DNA from: Macrostomum lignano
Taxonomy: Eukaryota
Direction: 5' to 3'
Assembly: GCA_002269645.1 (NCBI GenBank)
Contig: NIVC01001843.1
Coordinates: 124,001 to 188,000 of the forward strand
Length of the DNA stretch: 64,000 nucleotides
Both the position numbers and the translations under genes were made by a program. The notes under the pieces were generated by a model that was not told the DNA's origin, searched no databases, and saw nothing but the letters and a program-made list of their open reading frames with translations. Within the stretch, counting starts at the first letter, position 1, and the number at the start of each line of letters is the position of its first letter. Shown here one piece after another: positions 1 through 11,405 of the stretch.

Positions 1-12
1 CTATTAGGATCA

Positions 13-1400
13 GTGCCAGTGAGACTCCATGATTTTCTTCTGATTGGAGTTCAAGAATATAGCGGCGATTTTAGACGACCTGTGGTTTCATTTTCTGCTG
101 ACTTCTATCGGTCCTCGGGCTTCAAAACGGACAGCAGTTTCTTTGTTATTGCATCAAAAGGGAAGCAGGAAGCAGCAGATATGTTTTTTACCGATACATC
201 TATTGGGTATCAGGGAAAAACTAGACATGGGCTGCCAAGTTCCGCTCCTAGTAGATCATCGCAGTCATCCATCATTGATTTTTTCAAGTCTGCTAGTAAG
301 ACAATTCCAACAGAACCAAATGCATTAAAGAATGGGAATGGTAAAAGTGCTATGGCCATTATTCTCTTGTATCAACGAGACTTCTAGATCAGAATCGGAC
401 AGTTCAAGTTCCACAACTGCCAGTAGCATTGGAAAACTGCGACTAGCTAAAATGCATGCAACACAAAGAAGACCTGTTTATGAAGATAAAATTATCATTG
501 ATAACTCATTAGCTGAAATTATTAGGAACAATAACAGGTGCACATTTTTGAGTCCATTTATCGTAGGCTAAGAGACAAGCCCAACTACATCTTAAAGCCA
601 GCAAGAGAATGGGATGAACTTGGTCATGAGGACTATTCAATAAACCGGTGCCCTGAATCCAGCAGTGAGTTACGAAAGCCTTTGCTTTTTACAAGGTGGA
701 AACTTGGACAGTTGACTCCAGGTAGATAAAATGACTGCTCAGGTGCTCATTGGATTTTAGAGGACAATATTGAAGCCATCATAAATACACCTTCAAGAGA
801 AGCATGTACATTGGCAGACTCAGCATTAGCATCTGCTTCATCAGCAACAGAAAGAATCGAAATGCGACTAGCTCCTGCTCCAGCTCCATGTTCTGAAAGC
901 TCACACCGTAGTGAATTGGCCAGGTCCTATGAATTTTCAGAGCAAATAGCAGCTAATCGAGATCATGCTGTTCAAACTGCTGCTGCAGAAACTTCTAATT
1001 TTTGCTCTGCTGCAAATGTACAGGAAAGAAGAGAGTTGTTGGAGAATGACCAGCAAACAAGCAAACTACAAGTGGAAATTATTAGGCAAGTAAATATTCA
1101 AAGACAATCAACGAAACGATCACTTTGCCAAAGTCCTATTGTTGATTTAGATTCGAGCGACTCAAGGGGTTCAGGTGATGTTGAAATAGTACAAGTAAAT
1201 ACTGCAGAAGCAGGGCCATCGCAAAGAAAAATACCATGCATAAGCACATCTGCAGACGCATGTCTAGCCACTTCAGCATCAAAGCCCTCGTCTTCCTCTA
1301 TGATGGGCGAAAATATTGAAGTTTTCCCTAAAAAGGACTGGGAGGATACATCTGGTTTTCGAGAGGAGTGGTTACATTCTTTGGAGATGCACCAGTCACA
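13..1400 (+). CDS. Putative upstream exons of the transposase: Ser-rich, disordered N-terminal extension with a PIP-box
   Basis: ORF 811-1404 splices in frame to the core through a phase-2 intron 1401-1531 (GTAAGT...CTAAT...TTGCAG). Upstream ORFs 13-387, 332-571 and 538-729 can be chained in frame by short GT-AG introns 341-392, 538-566 and 722-760; these are less certain. QSSIIDFF lies at 262-285. Confidence 0.45.
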
Positions 1401-1531
1401 GTAAGTAAATGGAAACTGACGAACTGTAAATTAATGTATAGTGTATTGTGTATTGCACTTATTAGCATATTGCTTTTAGATACTCACAAATAGTCCAAAT
1501 CCCAAAATATTCTCTAATTTGACCATTGCAG

Positions 1532-3918
1532 ATCATTTTCAAGAAAATTTGTGTCACAAGAAATGAAGACATGGTTTCAATATGTTCAAAACACCGAAGA
1601 TCTATCAAGATCTGGAATACAATGTCGGATCTGCAGAAAATTTTTGAATGCACATAAGAAAAAGGAGACAAATCTAGAGAGCCAACGTAAGTTAACTTTT
1701 GCAACAGAACAAGGCTACATTCCCAAAGGTCATGCAAAAGATAGCGTACGAAGAAAACTACAGGAACATTCATCAAATACACTTCACAGTGACGCCATAA
1801 AGTGGATGAAGGAAAAACATACTTCAGTTCTTGCAAAGCAACTCAAACAGATGAATGAGGCCGCTAGACTAGCTAAAACTAAACGAGATGAAATAACAGC
1901 CCGAGTTTTGACAACAGTTTTTTCGCCGAAGTCAAATCTAATATTCCATTCAGTGCTCATCCAAATATGATTGATTTACAAGTAAAAAATGGGTTGGATA
2001 TGGGGAGCCATCATAAGCATCGCAAAAGTGCCGCAGCAATGGTGGAATCAATCAGTAATACAATGCATCGGACATTTGTGAATTACATTAAAAGTGCTGA
2101 CAACCTTCCGATTTCTATTGTACTAGATACAACGTCTGATATTCATTCAAACAGCTACGTCATGATATACTTCAGAGTTCTTGAAAACAGCCAACCTTTG
2201 ATGTTTTTTTATCGGTTTAAACGTCTGACTGAAGTAGAGACTGGACGAAGCATTTATGAACTTCTCATCCGTTTATTTTCGGATGACAAGCTAGAAGATG
2301 AAATCAACGAAGGCTATGGGGGGTGACAACTGATGGTGCATCCGTAATGACAGGAAGTCGAGTGGGATTAATAAGTCAACTGAGGCCTTGGGCTAGCAAA
2401 CAATTTTTTCAGCACCATTGTGCAGCGCATAAGTTAGAACTTTCAATCTATCATGCCTTTGAAATCTTCCCATTTATGCAACATCTCGATAAGAATATAA
2501 ATTCTCTACACAAATTTTATATGAGCCACGCTGTTAAACGTAAGGCATCTTTGGCACAAACTTCGGAAGCACTCAACTTGGTTTTCTATGAATTAAAAAG
2601 AATATATCGTATCAGGTGGGTTGCATCGGAAGTGTCTGCTCTTGATGTGATTCGAAAGTCATACTACTTGCTTCTGACAAATTTAGAAAATATCAAATCA
2701 CCTTCCTCAGGCTTTGATGACGAAAGTAAAGCAACTGCCTCTGGATTATTGAAAACATTGCAAAATGTCCGGTATTATTCATTACATCTATTTCTCATGG
2801 ACATTCTAAAATTACTGGAATTTGAGTCCTTGCAGTTTCAAAGAGCCAAGGGTACATTTATTGGCTTGCAAGAACGCCACACTAACCTTATCCATTCACT
2901 AGAAACCTTAAAAACGAACAATGGTCCTCGCATTGTGGACTTTTTGGCTTCCTGCAAGTGTCGTCGAGTTTTGGGAACTGCAGATGGATATCCGCAGCTG
3001 GAATACCATTCAGGATGTCACACAAGAGACCTATCTTATTCTAACTTTGCTTGTCCTTCCGGCCCTGGAAGCAGCGATCCAACAGAGAGGTTTGAGTTGA
3101 AGCAACCAGGTTCTGCTGCAGACAGATCTCTAAGAAATAGATTATTTGATGCTAGTGGACGTGGCAGTGTTGTTGACATGGGAGCTTATCCAGCACTGGA
3201 TGAGATTCGCAGTCGAATCATTGATAGCATAATTGATCAGCTGCGTAATTATTTTCCTGAGGATGACTACTCAATATTTAATGTGCTCAACCCAGTGTTA
3301 TTGCCTAATGCTGAAACATTACATACTGTCTTTACATACAGTTCGAGAATCATACCTCTTGCTAGACGGTTTGGAATGGAAGATGACAGCTCTGAATCTG
3401 AAACAGAGGACCATCTTTCTGATTCAGACTCTAGAGATGCAGATGCTTCAGAACGCGCTACAGAAAGGACAATCTCTGGTCAGTTCGGTCTACTCCTAAA
3501 AAGTTTGATCACTTCGCATAGTGTTGACTTCTGTGCCTACAAAGGCAAAGGTCCGGTGAAATTTTGGAGTCACTTTCTAGAGACAAGAACTGTTGAATGG
3601 CTGCCCAGAATAAAGAATCTAATTATGGTTGTGTTAACTTTGCCAATATCATCAGCTGAGGCTAAAAGAGGGTTTTCTATCTATAAGCACATTGCCTATG
3701 ACAGGAGAACACGCTTGGCACCAAAAACATTGGAGCATCTACTACGGATTCGAATAAATGGGCCTCCGCTGATGAAATTTAAGCCGGATATTTATGTCAA
3801 TGATTGGCTGAAAAAACACTGGCGTTCTGATGCTCCTGGAGGTCAACGGCAAAAAGAATCCAACGTAGACGAGGAAAATAAAGATTCTGATTCTGATTTG
3901 CTAAGTGGACTATTTTAA
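1532..3918 (+). pseudogene. hAT (ZNF862-like) transposase core, frameshifted twice, with the catalytic Glu replaced
   Basis: ORFs 1551-1970, 1967-2326 and 2323-3918 join if one base is restored at the T-run near 1918-1923 (TVFFAEVKSNIPF..MIDLQ) and one at the A-run near 2306 (DEIKRRLWGVTTDGA). Motifs: N-terminal W..Y..CxxC zinc-finger-like segment, IVLDTTSD (first D), TTDGA (second D), HCAAH (CxxH), RIRW, and the C-terminal dimerisation region LPISSAEAKRGFS..RTRL..LLRIRINGP. Confidence 0.85.
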
Positions 3919-4268
3919 AAGTTTTTTATCAGTTTTAATCTGCTACAATTTTAATCAATTATTACAATGGTACATGCATAATCATTAAGACTACAGTTCT
4001 TCTAAGTTCATATATAAGACCGTTAGAATCTTGCAGTTTTAATTTGCTAATTAAATATTATTAAAAGTATGATTTGCAATTGTAATAGGGCTGAAAAATT
4101 ACTGCTTATAAGTTATTCTATCCCTATTTCTATTCCTTAGCCATTTCTGGCTTCGTAATTCTTAATTTTTCAAATTGATGCGTTAATGCACACGTAGCCT
4201 ACACCCTAGTAAGTGATACATTAAATTCATCCTAAACTAATCCTAACCTAATAATCCTAAAGATGCTC

Positions 4269-4785
4269 TGCGACTTAACTCAGTCCTGCTGCGACTTACC
4301 TCGGCCCTGCTGCGACTTACTCGGTCCTGCTGCGACTTAGCTCGCCCTCGGTGCGACTTAGCTCTCGCTCGGTGCGACTTAGCTCGCCCTCGGTGCGACT
4401 TAGCTTGGTCCTGCTGCGACTTAGTGCGACTTAGCTCTCGCTCGGTGCGACTTAGTTCGCCCTCGGTGCGACTTAGCTCGGTCCTGCTGCGACTTAGCTC
4501 GCCCTCGGTGCGACTTAGCTCGGTCCTGCTGCGACTTAGCTCGCCCTCGGTGCGACTTAGCTCGGTCCTGCTGCGACTTAGTGCGACTTAGCTCTCGCTC
4601 GGTGCGACTTATTTTGCCCTCGGTGCGACTTAGCTCGCCCTTAGTGCGACTTAGCTCTCGCTCGGTGCGACTTAGTTCGCCCTCGATGCGACTTAGCTCG
4701 GTCCTGCTGCGACTTAGCTTGCCCTCGGTGCGACTTAGCTCGCCCTCGGTGCGACTTACCTTGTCTTCAGTGCTGCAACTTACAG
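4269..4785. repeat. 21-bp tandem array (TGCGACTTAGCTCGCCCTCGG / TGCGACTTAGCTCGGTCCTGC variants), about 24 copies; probable transposon subterminal repeats
   Basis: Units read directly from the sequence. The array lies ~350 bp downstream of the transposase stop codon. Confidence 0.9.
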
Positions 4786-6313
4786 CACTTACAACTCTTT
4801 TTGTGTTTTTCTCTTTCTCTTTGCTCCCTTTTTCTCGTTTTTTCCTTTTCCTTTCCCCTTTTTCGTCTTTTGTTTTTTCGTTTTTTTTGGCGGTTAATCA
4901 ATTTTGCGACTTACTTGGTTGGCCGCCAAATCGGTCGGCCGGATCGGCCGACTCGGCCGACTGTTGCGCATGTATGCTCCCCCAACTTTATATATTACAT
5001 CTCTCAAAACTGAGTAAAATCTGCAGAAAGATAAAAGTATAGAAATTGTTTTTTGAATGCTATGCTATTTCTTTTCACATTTAAAGCAAACAACTTATAT
5101 CCCCAAAATCAGCATTGCTAGATCTTTCCAGCAATATAAGTCTCTCTTTTAAAGTTTAAAACTTGAGGAACAATTAATGTTTGAAATTTCCTAATTTAAA
5201 GCATTTAAGTATCTAGTGTACGTTGACTGACTGCTAAAGAGGCTTGCAGGCTGATGCATTGAATTTTACTTTACAACAAAAACACGGCTGCCTATTGAAA
5301 GGCAGAAAATATTAACAGTACCAAAATCATTGCATAATTGTCTATATAGTCAGCTAGTGCACCAGGGTCCAAGTGTACACACACAGCTTTTGAGAACACA
5401 ACCATCCCCCCACTAAAGAGAAAATGCACTGGCAAGATAGAAGAAAGTTATGGCACAATCACTCAAAATTGATGTATTTTTTTCAGCATACAGCAAGAAA
5501 AGTGACCAAAGAAGGTTAGAAAAGTGGTTTTCTACTTTTTAGGGATCTTAAAATGTGGAAATAAAAGATTAAAATAGCCTATAGCCATATCTCAAAAAAT
5601 TTCTGTTTGCAACACATTTGCAACATTTGCAACACACAGACAAATAGACAAACATTGCACCAACTTTAATGATCGATTTTAGCAAAAACAGCTCAACCAA
5701 TTTTCTTCAAATTTGCACTGTTTGATCAGAAAATTTTCTGTGATGGTACATGCATTGTGGCTAAGAAATTGCAGTTGCTCAATGCTAAAAGGATAAAATA
5801 TTTGAAAAACATGCTTTTTTGCAAAGGTCAAGCAGCTTTTTTGACTAGGAATACAGTGTAAAAATGGTAGAGAAAAAACTGACTGGTTTAATTTTGATTC
5901 TAAAATAGATTGCATCACAGATCACAATAGGCTTTTTTATTTTTTGTCTGTGTAATGGCTTAATTTTGACACTGAATTGAATTGCGTCACAGTATTGAAA
6001 ATGCAGTATGGAAGCATAGCACAGTACTTGATTTATATTACATAACCATATTGTTAACTTTTATAGACTGGTACTGACTTGCCTAAGAAATTGATAATGT
6101 CATAACTGTTTTGTGTGACTTTTACTCCACTTGACTTGGTGTGAGTGTTGAATTATAAGTGCTACAAATTCATTTATAAATTTGATGAGAGCTAGCCTAG
6201 AGGTGAACAGACTAGACTGCTAATGCAGCGACCTGGGGATTGCATCTTAGTAGTGTAAAAGTAGTGTAATTTTTTATGGAAAGCTTTTATTAAAGAACTA
6301 ATTCAAAAGACCT

Positions 6314-6880
6314 AGATTACTGCACTTGATAAAACTAGGATTATTGCACTTGATAAACCAAGAACTACTGCACTTGATAAACCAGGGATTATTGCACTTG
6401 ATAAGCCAAAGATTATTGCACTTGATAAACCAAGGATTACTGCATTTGATAAGCCAAGAATCACTGCACTTGATAAACTAAGGATTACTGCACTTGATAA
6501 ACCAAGGATTTCTGCATTTGATAAACCAAGGATTACTGCGCTTGATAAACCAAGGATTACTGCACTTGATAAACCAAGGATTTCTGCACTTGATAAACCA
6601 AGGATTACTGCGCTTGATAAACCAAGGATTACTGCACTTGATAAACCAAGGATTACTGCACTTGATAAACCAAGGATTATTGCACTTGATAAACTAAGGA
6701 TTACTGCACTTGATAAACCAAGGATTACTGTGCTTGATAAACCAAGGATTACTGCACTTGATAAACCAAGGATTACTGCACTTGATAGAGCAAGGATTAT
6801 TGCACTAAATGATAAAATGACTATTGCACTAGCTAAGACATGGATTATTGCACAAATTAAAAAAGCAATTATTGCATTAG
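6314..6880. repeat. 24-bp minisatellite GCACTTGATAAACCAAGGATTACT, about 21 copies, degenerate at both ends
   Basis: Units read directly; explains ORFs 6494-6697 and 6730-7236. Confidence 0.95.
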
Positions 6881-6889
6881 CAGAGGAAA

Positions 6890-7320
6890 TATTTGTGCTA
6901 GCTACTTGCTATCTGATGGATGCTTTCTATCTGGGAGATGCTTTGCTATTGTATCTGGAGGGGGTGCTTATTATCAAGGAATGTTTGCTCTTGAAAGGGA
7001 GGGGTACTTACTATTTGGGAGAGGGGGTACTAGCTATATATGTATCAACATGTATAGAATTCTTTCTTTCCAGAGATGCTTGCTATTTAGTGATTCTTGC
7101 TATCTATAGAATGCTTGCTATCTGGGTGGATACTTGCTATCTGAATAATACTTGCTACCTAGGGGATGCTTGCTATCTACAGGATTATTTGCTATCTGGG
7201 GGAATGCTTACTATCTGGGAAATGCTTGCTAAATAAGATGATACTTGTTATCTAGGTGGATGCTTGCCTTCTGGGGGGACTTGTTGTCTTAAGGATGTTT
7301 TCTATTTAGGGGGAATGTCT
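6890..7320. repeat. Old degenerate tandem repeat built on (A/C)TTGCTATCT(G)GGGG-like motifs
   Basis: Recurring TGCTTGCTATCT / TACTTGCTATCT motifs at irregular ~20-40 bp spacing. Confidence 0.6.
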
Positions 7321-7528
7321 ATTATCTTTGTGAAAAATTGTCTTATTGTCTTTCTATTAATTTTAGAAAAAAGGAAATAGCTTTATAGCAATTTTGTTTG
7401 TCCATGACAATTCTACTCAAATAAGGTGATTTATAAAACTAAAGAAGGAATTGGTTCTAAAGAAAATGTGCTTTTTAATTGTTTGCCAAGAATAATTTTT
7501 GCTCTTTGTTTATTTCATACCCCAGAGG

Positions 7529-8017
7529 CCAGGATGGAATTCTTGTATTTCTTAAGTCAAACGGAATTATGCGATTTTTTTATGGCGCGCAAAATATTTT
7601 TTATTGGTCGCATTTTTTTTTTGGTACTTAGCACGTCGCAAAATAACGAAATAACGAAATAACGAGACAATAACGAAAAATGCATTCTAAGAAAATGTAG
7701 TGATTTGAATTTACGTCCAAATACGTATGTTAGAGAATGTTACGAATTTCTACTTTTTATAGAATTTTTTCAAATTTTTACTTTTGTGCCTTATTTAGTT
7801 TTTACTTTTTATTCTTTTTTTTTCTTTGTGATCTTAGCTAGTAGGATTATCTTTTGCAAAATCCAATATCTCAAGCGCACTTTTGCATATATTAAGAATT
7901 AGCAATTTTGTCTGAAATTCTGCGACGCATTTTTTCCGGATTTTTTGACGCAAAATTGCATTTTTTTCTCGCAATCGCATAATGCGTTGTGATTTTTCTG
8001 CAAGAATTCCATCCAGG
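7529..8017. mobile_element. 489-bp non-autonomous DNA transposon (MITE) with 17-bp TIRs and an 8-bp TSD (hAT- or P-type)
   Basis: Left TIR CCAGGATGGAATTCTTG (7529-7545) and right TIR CAAGAATTCCATCCAGG (8001-8017) differ at one position. An identical direct repeat CCCAGAGG flanks both ends (7521-7528 and 8018-8025). The interior is AT-rich and non-coding. Confidence 0.9.
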
Positions 8018-9250
8018 CCCAGAGGGGCACTAGATTACTAGTTGACTAACTAATGTTATATATAATCATTGTCTATTATAAAATATTATTAAATACAAAT
8101 ATGATATTAATATTAATAAATACAGAGGGATTCCAGGGTATGAAAGGATTGTCCCTTTCTTATTGGGTGTTTAAATGATAAATGCTAGACAAAAGGGTTT
8201 GCTCAATTCCACAAAAGTGGAATTTCCATAAAAGTGGGCATTTTCAAAGAAATGGAAATATTTAGTTTATCCTAAACTAGAGGCCTATACTAAATAATAT
8301 AATATATAGAATTATAATACACAATGTCAAACTAATATTATAATTTAAATCAGTATTTTTACTTTCAATTAGTGCTTACATCAAAAAGCAGAAAAGTTGC
8401 AGTTATCTATTTATCTTACCTCTCATTGAATGTTTCTTGTGTTACAGGAAGTCGATGGAGTAATCCCTGAATTATCCACATGTTTCTGTGGATGGCAGAA
8501 GCCAAATTTTATGATCGAGGTTCTTTCAGCTTAGGCCTGTTTTTATATTCAATTCCAATTGAATTCAATGCAATTCACGATTCAAAAAGTTCAAGCGAGC
8601 TTAAATTTATACTTAGCTATTGAAAAAACCTTCAACAGGCTGCTAAAACAGAATGTTTAGAAGATAGTTGGTGTTTGTGTTGTGATGAGTAGGCCTAAGT
8701 AAGCAATGTTACATGTTGATTTGTCACTTTAAAAAAAGTAAGGCAATAGAAAGTCACAAATGGGTTTGATTTTGAAAACTATCAAATAACTGAATAAAAT
8801 TCGAATTCTAAAATTTCTGAATATATGTAAGACGCATAACTATTTAACTGGTTTTTCATGTGATCTCAGATTTTTAGCGTTGTTAATTTAGAGCTCATCA
8901 CCACTCGATAATGTAAAAAAATATCATTATGTTTAAATTTGTTAACACACTAAAACAAATGCTTCATCATGTATAATTATTTTATGTTGTAAATAAATTT
9001 AACGTGCAGTAGTCGTTTTTTATGTTCAGCAGCTAGTTAAAAAACTGATATGCTACTAATACTTAAATATGTACAGTAACAGTAGTGCTCATTGTCATTG
9101 CTATAAAAATTCTTGGCGACACATACACTGCATGTTTATCTTTCGAATTTTTGTGTTCTCGTTGGCTGACATAGTGATCTAATTCGGTCTGGTAGTTCTT
9201 TTGATATTTTGCACTACATTAGTAATACATGTAGGCCTAACAAAGAACAG

Positions 9251-9708
9251 CTAGGAGCACAAGAATTGCCCCGCAGATGAACTGCTGCCCGCCCGCGAGA
9301 TTTGACCGCAGTGTATTTTGCCCGTGAGTGATTTGCCCTCGAGCAAATTGCCTGCCGAGATTTTCCGACCCAACTTTGCCAGTTTGCCAACCGGACTTAA
9401 GTAGTCCCGGTCGATCTTAAACAAAGATTTAGGGGACAATAAAGCGACATGGCCTTATGCATGACCTTATATAGCAGCTCACCGTGATGTACACACTGTA
9501 CACGTACCCCTACATGGATCATAGAAATGAAAATCTACAAGAACAATATGAATTAATTGATATGCATGAGTTGTCTATCGCAACTGCAGTTTGATCTTTA
9601 AATCTATTTATTTAATTAAGACTTTACTGCACGCATATTGCGGCCCAAGCTCGGCGGGAAATCTCGACGGGCAGCAGTTCTTTTGCAGGCAATTCTAATG
9701 GACCCTAG
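9251..9708. mobile_element. Older MITE-like element with imperfect ~55-bp terminal inverted repeats
   Basis: Left CTAGGAGCACAAGAATTGCCCCGCAGATGAACTGCTGCCCG..CGAGATTT matches the reverse complement of the right end, CTAGGGTCCATTAGAATTGCCTGCAAAAGAACTGCTGCCCGTCGAGATTT. No clean TSD. Confidence 0.65.
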
Positions 9709-10313
9709 ACAAGAACAAGTTAAGAAACTTAGCTGCCCACGCTGACTCTATCCCGACAATTAATATAGTTAAATCTCATAATTTTGAGACTCCCTCCTCC
9801 GACTTTGATCATCTCTAAAATACCCATTATACGCAACAACATGCAGCAGACACGTGCTCTTACGCTCATACAACTCATCAGTGTAATATTGGCTGATTGA
9901 AAATTGCGAAAATTAAATTTAGGCTCATACTAGTAACTACTGTACAAACGCTAAATACGTAACATTCGTTTTTACATGTAAATTTTAACGTAAATTTTAT
10001 GCATATAGAAATTTACACGTATTTCTAAGTTTCTGGTGATTATATAGTGTTGATTTTTTGGTAGAACTGAATTTACTTTGTGACTATCTTCACTTAGTTT
10101 GAATTTTTATTAGAATCAATTTTGAGATAATTACTTTCTCGTACATAAAAAATTAATACTGGTTTATGCATGACGTAAGCACTAGGAATAAAATTGCTAC
10201 ACACGTTCGCAAACTATACGAGAATATATGCAAAAAATGACGACAACAAAAACATATTCAAAAGCATACTACGAGTACAGGGTACAGGTGCGAAACTTTT
10301 AGATACATAATTT

Positions 10314-11132
10314 TCACAGAGTAAACATCAGATTTGTCCCTCTGAAAATTGCCATCATAAGCAAACATAGGACAGCTATTAAGTTAGAAAAACTCGTTTT
10401 TATCGCAGCTCCAACATATGCCTGGTCGTCGTAGTCAGTCAGACGCTGCCGATGAAGAGACGGAGGCGGTCGGATGCGACCCTGATGTATGCTTGATCGG
10501 CAAGAGCCTCCAGCAGGTCTTGATTGTACACCTAAAAGCTTTGACCAGTCCATCAGAGACTTGCAGTGCGTCAAAGAGATTGCAGCTTCTTGGCTGCGAT
10601 CTGTTTGACACCGCGGCAGCGACCTTGACTGCTGTTGACTGTCGGGATAGGCCTCTGTCACACTGCAAACGATCCTCGTTCGTTCATAGAATGCTTCAAC
10701 TGTAAATAGTCCACCTTCAAGTAGCTCCCAATCAGTGCCGTTTCTAACCAGACCCAATACAAAAGCGCCGGAGACGCCATCAGCTGCCGATTCGGCCACA
10801 CTCGCCAACACGTCAACTCCGATGCATTCGGTGCGTCGAGTTGTCAAACGAACGACCAGAGACCTCTCAGTTCGGTCAAGGCAACCCTTCAGAATGCAGA
10901 CTGGTTCAACGTGGAAGTAACGCCGCATCAGACTGTCAGTGAAGTGGGCGGGTTGAGCAGCTGCTGTCTGCACGACCAGATCTGCCAACAGGAGAGCCCC
11001 GGCCGGTGCCGCGAACCGGATCGGCAGCCGGTTCTCCAAGTACAGCTCTCTGGTGCGCTTGCACTGGTCGTTGGAAGTCGCAGCGGAGGCGATGGCTAAA
11101 AAGCCTGTCAGGAGTAGAACCAGTTGAAGCAT
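10314..11132 (-). CDS. Uncharacterised 272-aa secreted, probably GPI-anchored protein; single exon
   Basis: ATG-to-stop ORF in a GC-rich island with AT-rich flanks. N-terminal signal peptide (MLQLVLLLTGFLAIASA), eight Cys in the ectodomain, one NGT sequon, and a hydrophobic C-terminus (LIAVLCLLMMAIF) after small residues. No family recognised with confidence. Confidence 0.8.
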   Translation of the reverse strand: MLQLVLLLTGFLAIASAATSNDQCKRTRELYLENRLPIRFAAPAGALLLADLVVQTAAAQPAHFTDSLMRRYFHVEPVCILKGCLDRTERSLVVRLTTRRTECIGVDVLASVAESAADGVSGAFVLGLVRNGTDWELLEGGLFTVEAFYERTRIVCSVTEAYPDSQQQSRSLPRCQTDRSQEAAISLTHCKSLMDWSKLLGVQSRPAGGSCRSSIHQGRIRPPPSLHRQRLTDYDDQAYVGAAIKTSFSNLIAVLCLLMMAIFRGTNLMFTL

Positions 11133-11280
11133 GGCTTGGTTCGACTCTTGCGGGTCTGCCCGTGTCTAATGTGTTCTAGTTTTTAACTAAGTCCGGGATG
11201 GGCAGCCACCATCAGCTCATTGGCTGACTTTTGCCCGTCTAAGATGGTTTTTACTGGTCGAAACCAAGAAGAAGCGTGAC

Positions 11281-11405
11281 ATACAGACACAGAAAAACAA
11301 ACAGACATGCAGACAGACAGACAGACAGACAGACACAGACAGACAGACAGACTGACAGACAGACAGACACAAAGACATTAGGAGACTGAGTCAGACGGAC
11401 AGACA
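11281..11405. repeat. (GACA)n microsatellite, imperfect
   Basis: Read directly. Confidence 0.9.

Larger units (their letters stand above)
1..4963 (+). mobile_element. hAT-superfamily DNA transposon (ZNF862-like transposase); left end outside the window, right end tentatively at 4963
   Basis: Transposase motifs span 1532-3918. A 21-bp TGCGACTT-core array follows at 4269-4785. A GC-rich segment ending ...GGCCGACTG (reverse complement starts CAGTCGGCC, a hAT-like CAG terminus) has a further TGCGACTT copy near 4905. The right boundary is inferred; no TIR partner or TSD is visible in the window. Confidence 0.6.

Noticed and set aside
4581-5042. 153-aa ORF with a hydrophobic segment
   Set aside because: Made of the 21-bp array plus a T-rich low-complexity tract.
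10418-11099. Plus-strand ORFs overlapping the orphan gene
   Set aside because: Antisense shadows of a GC-rich coding region; the minus-strand ORF has the coherent signal-peptide and anchor architecture.
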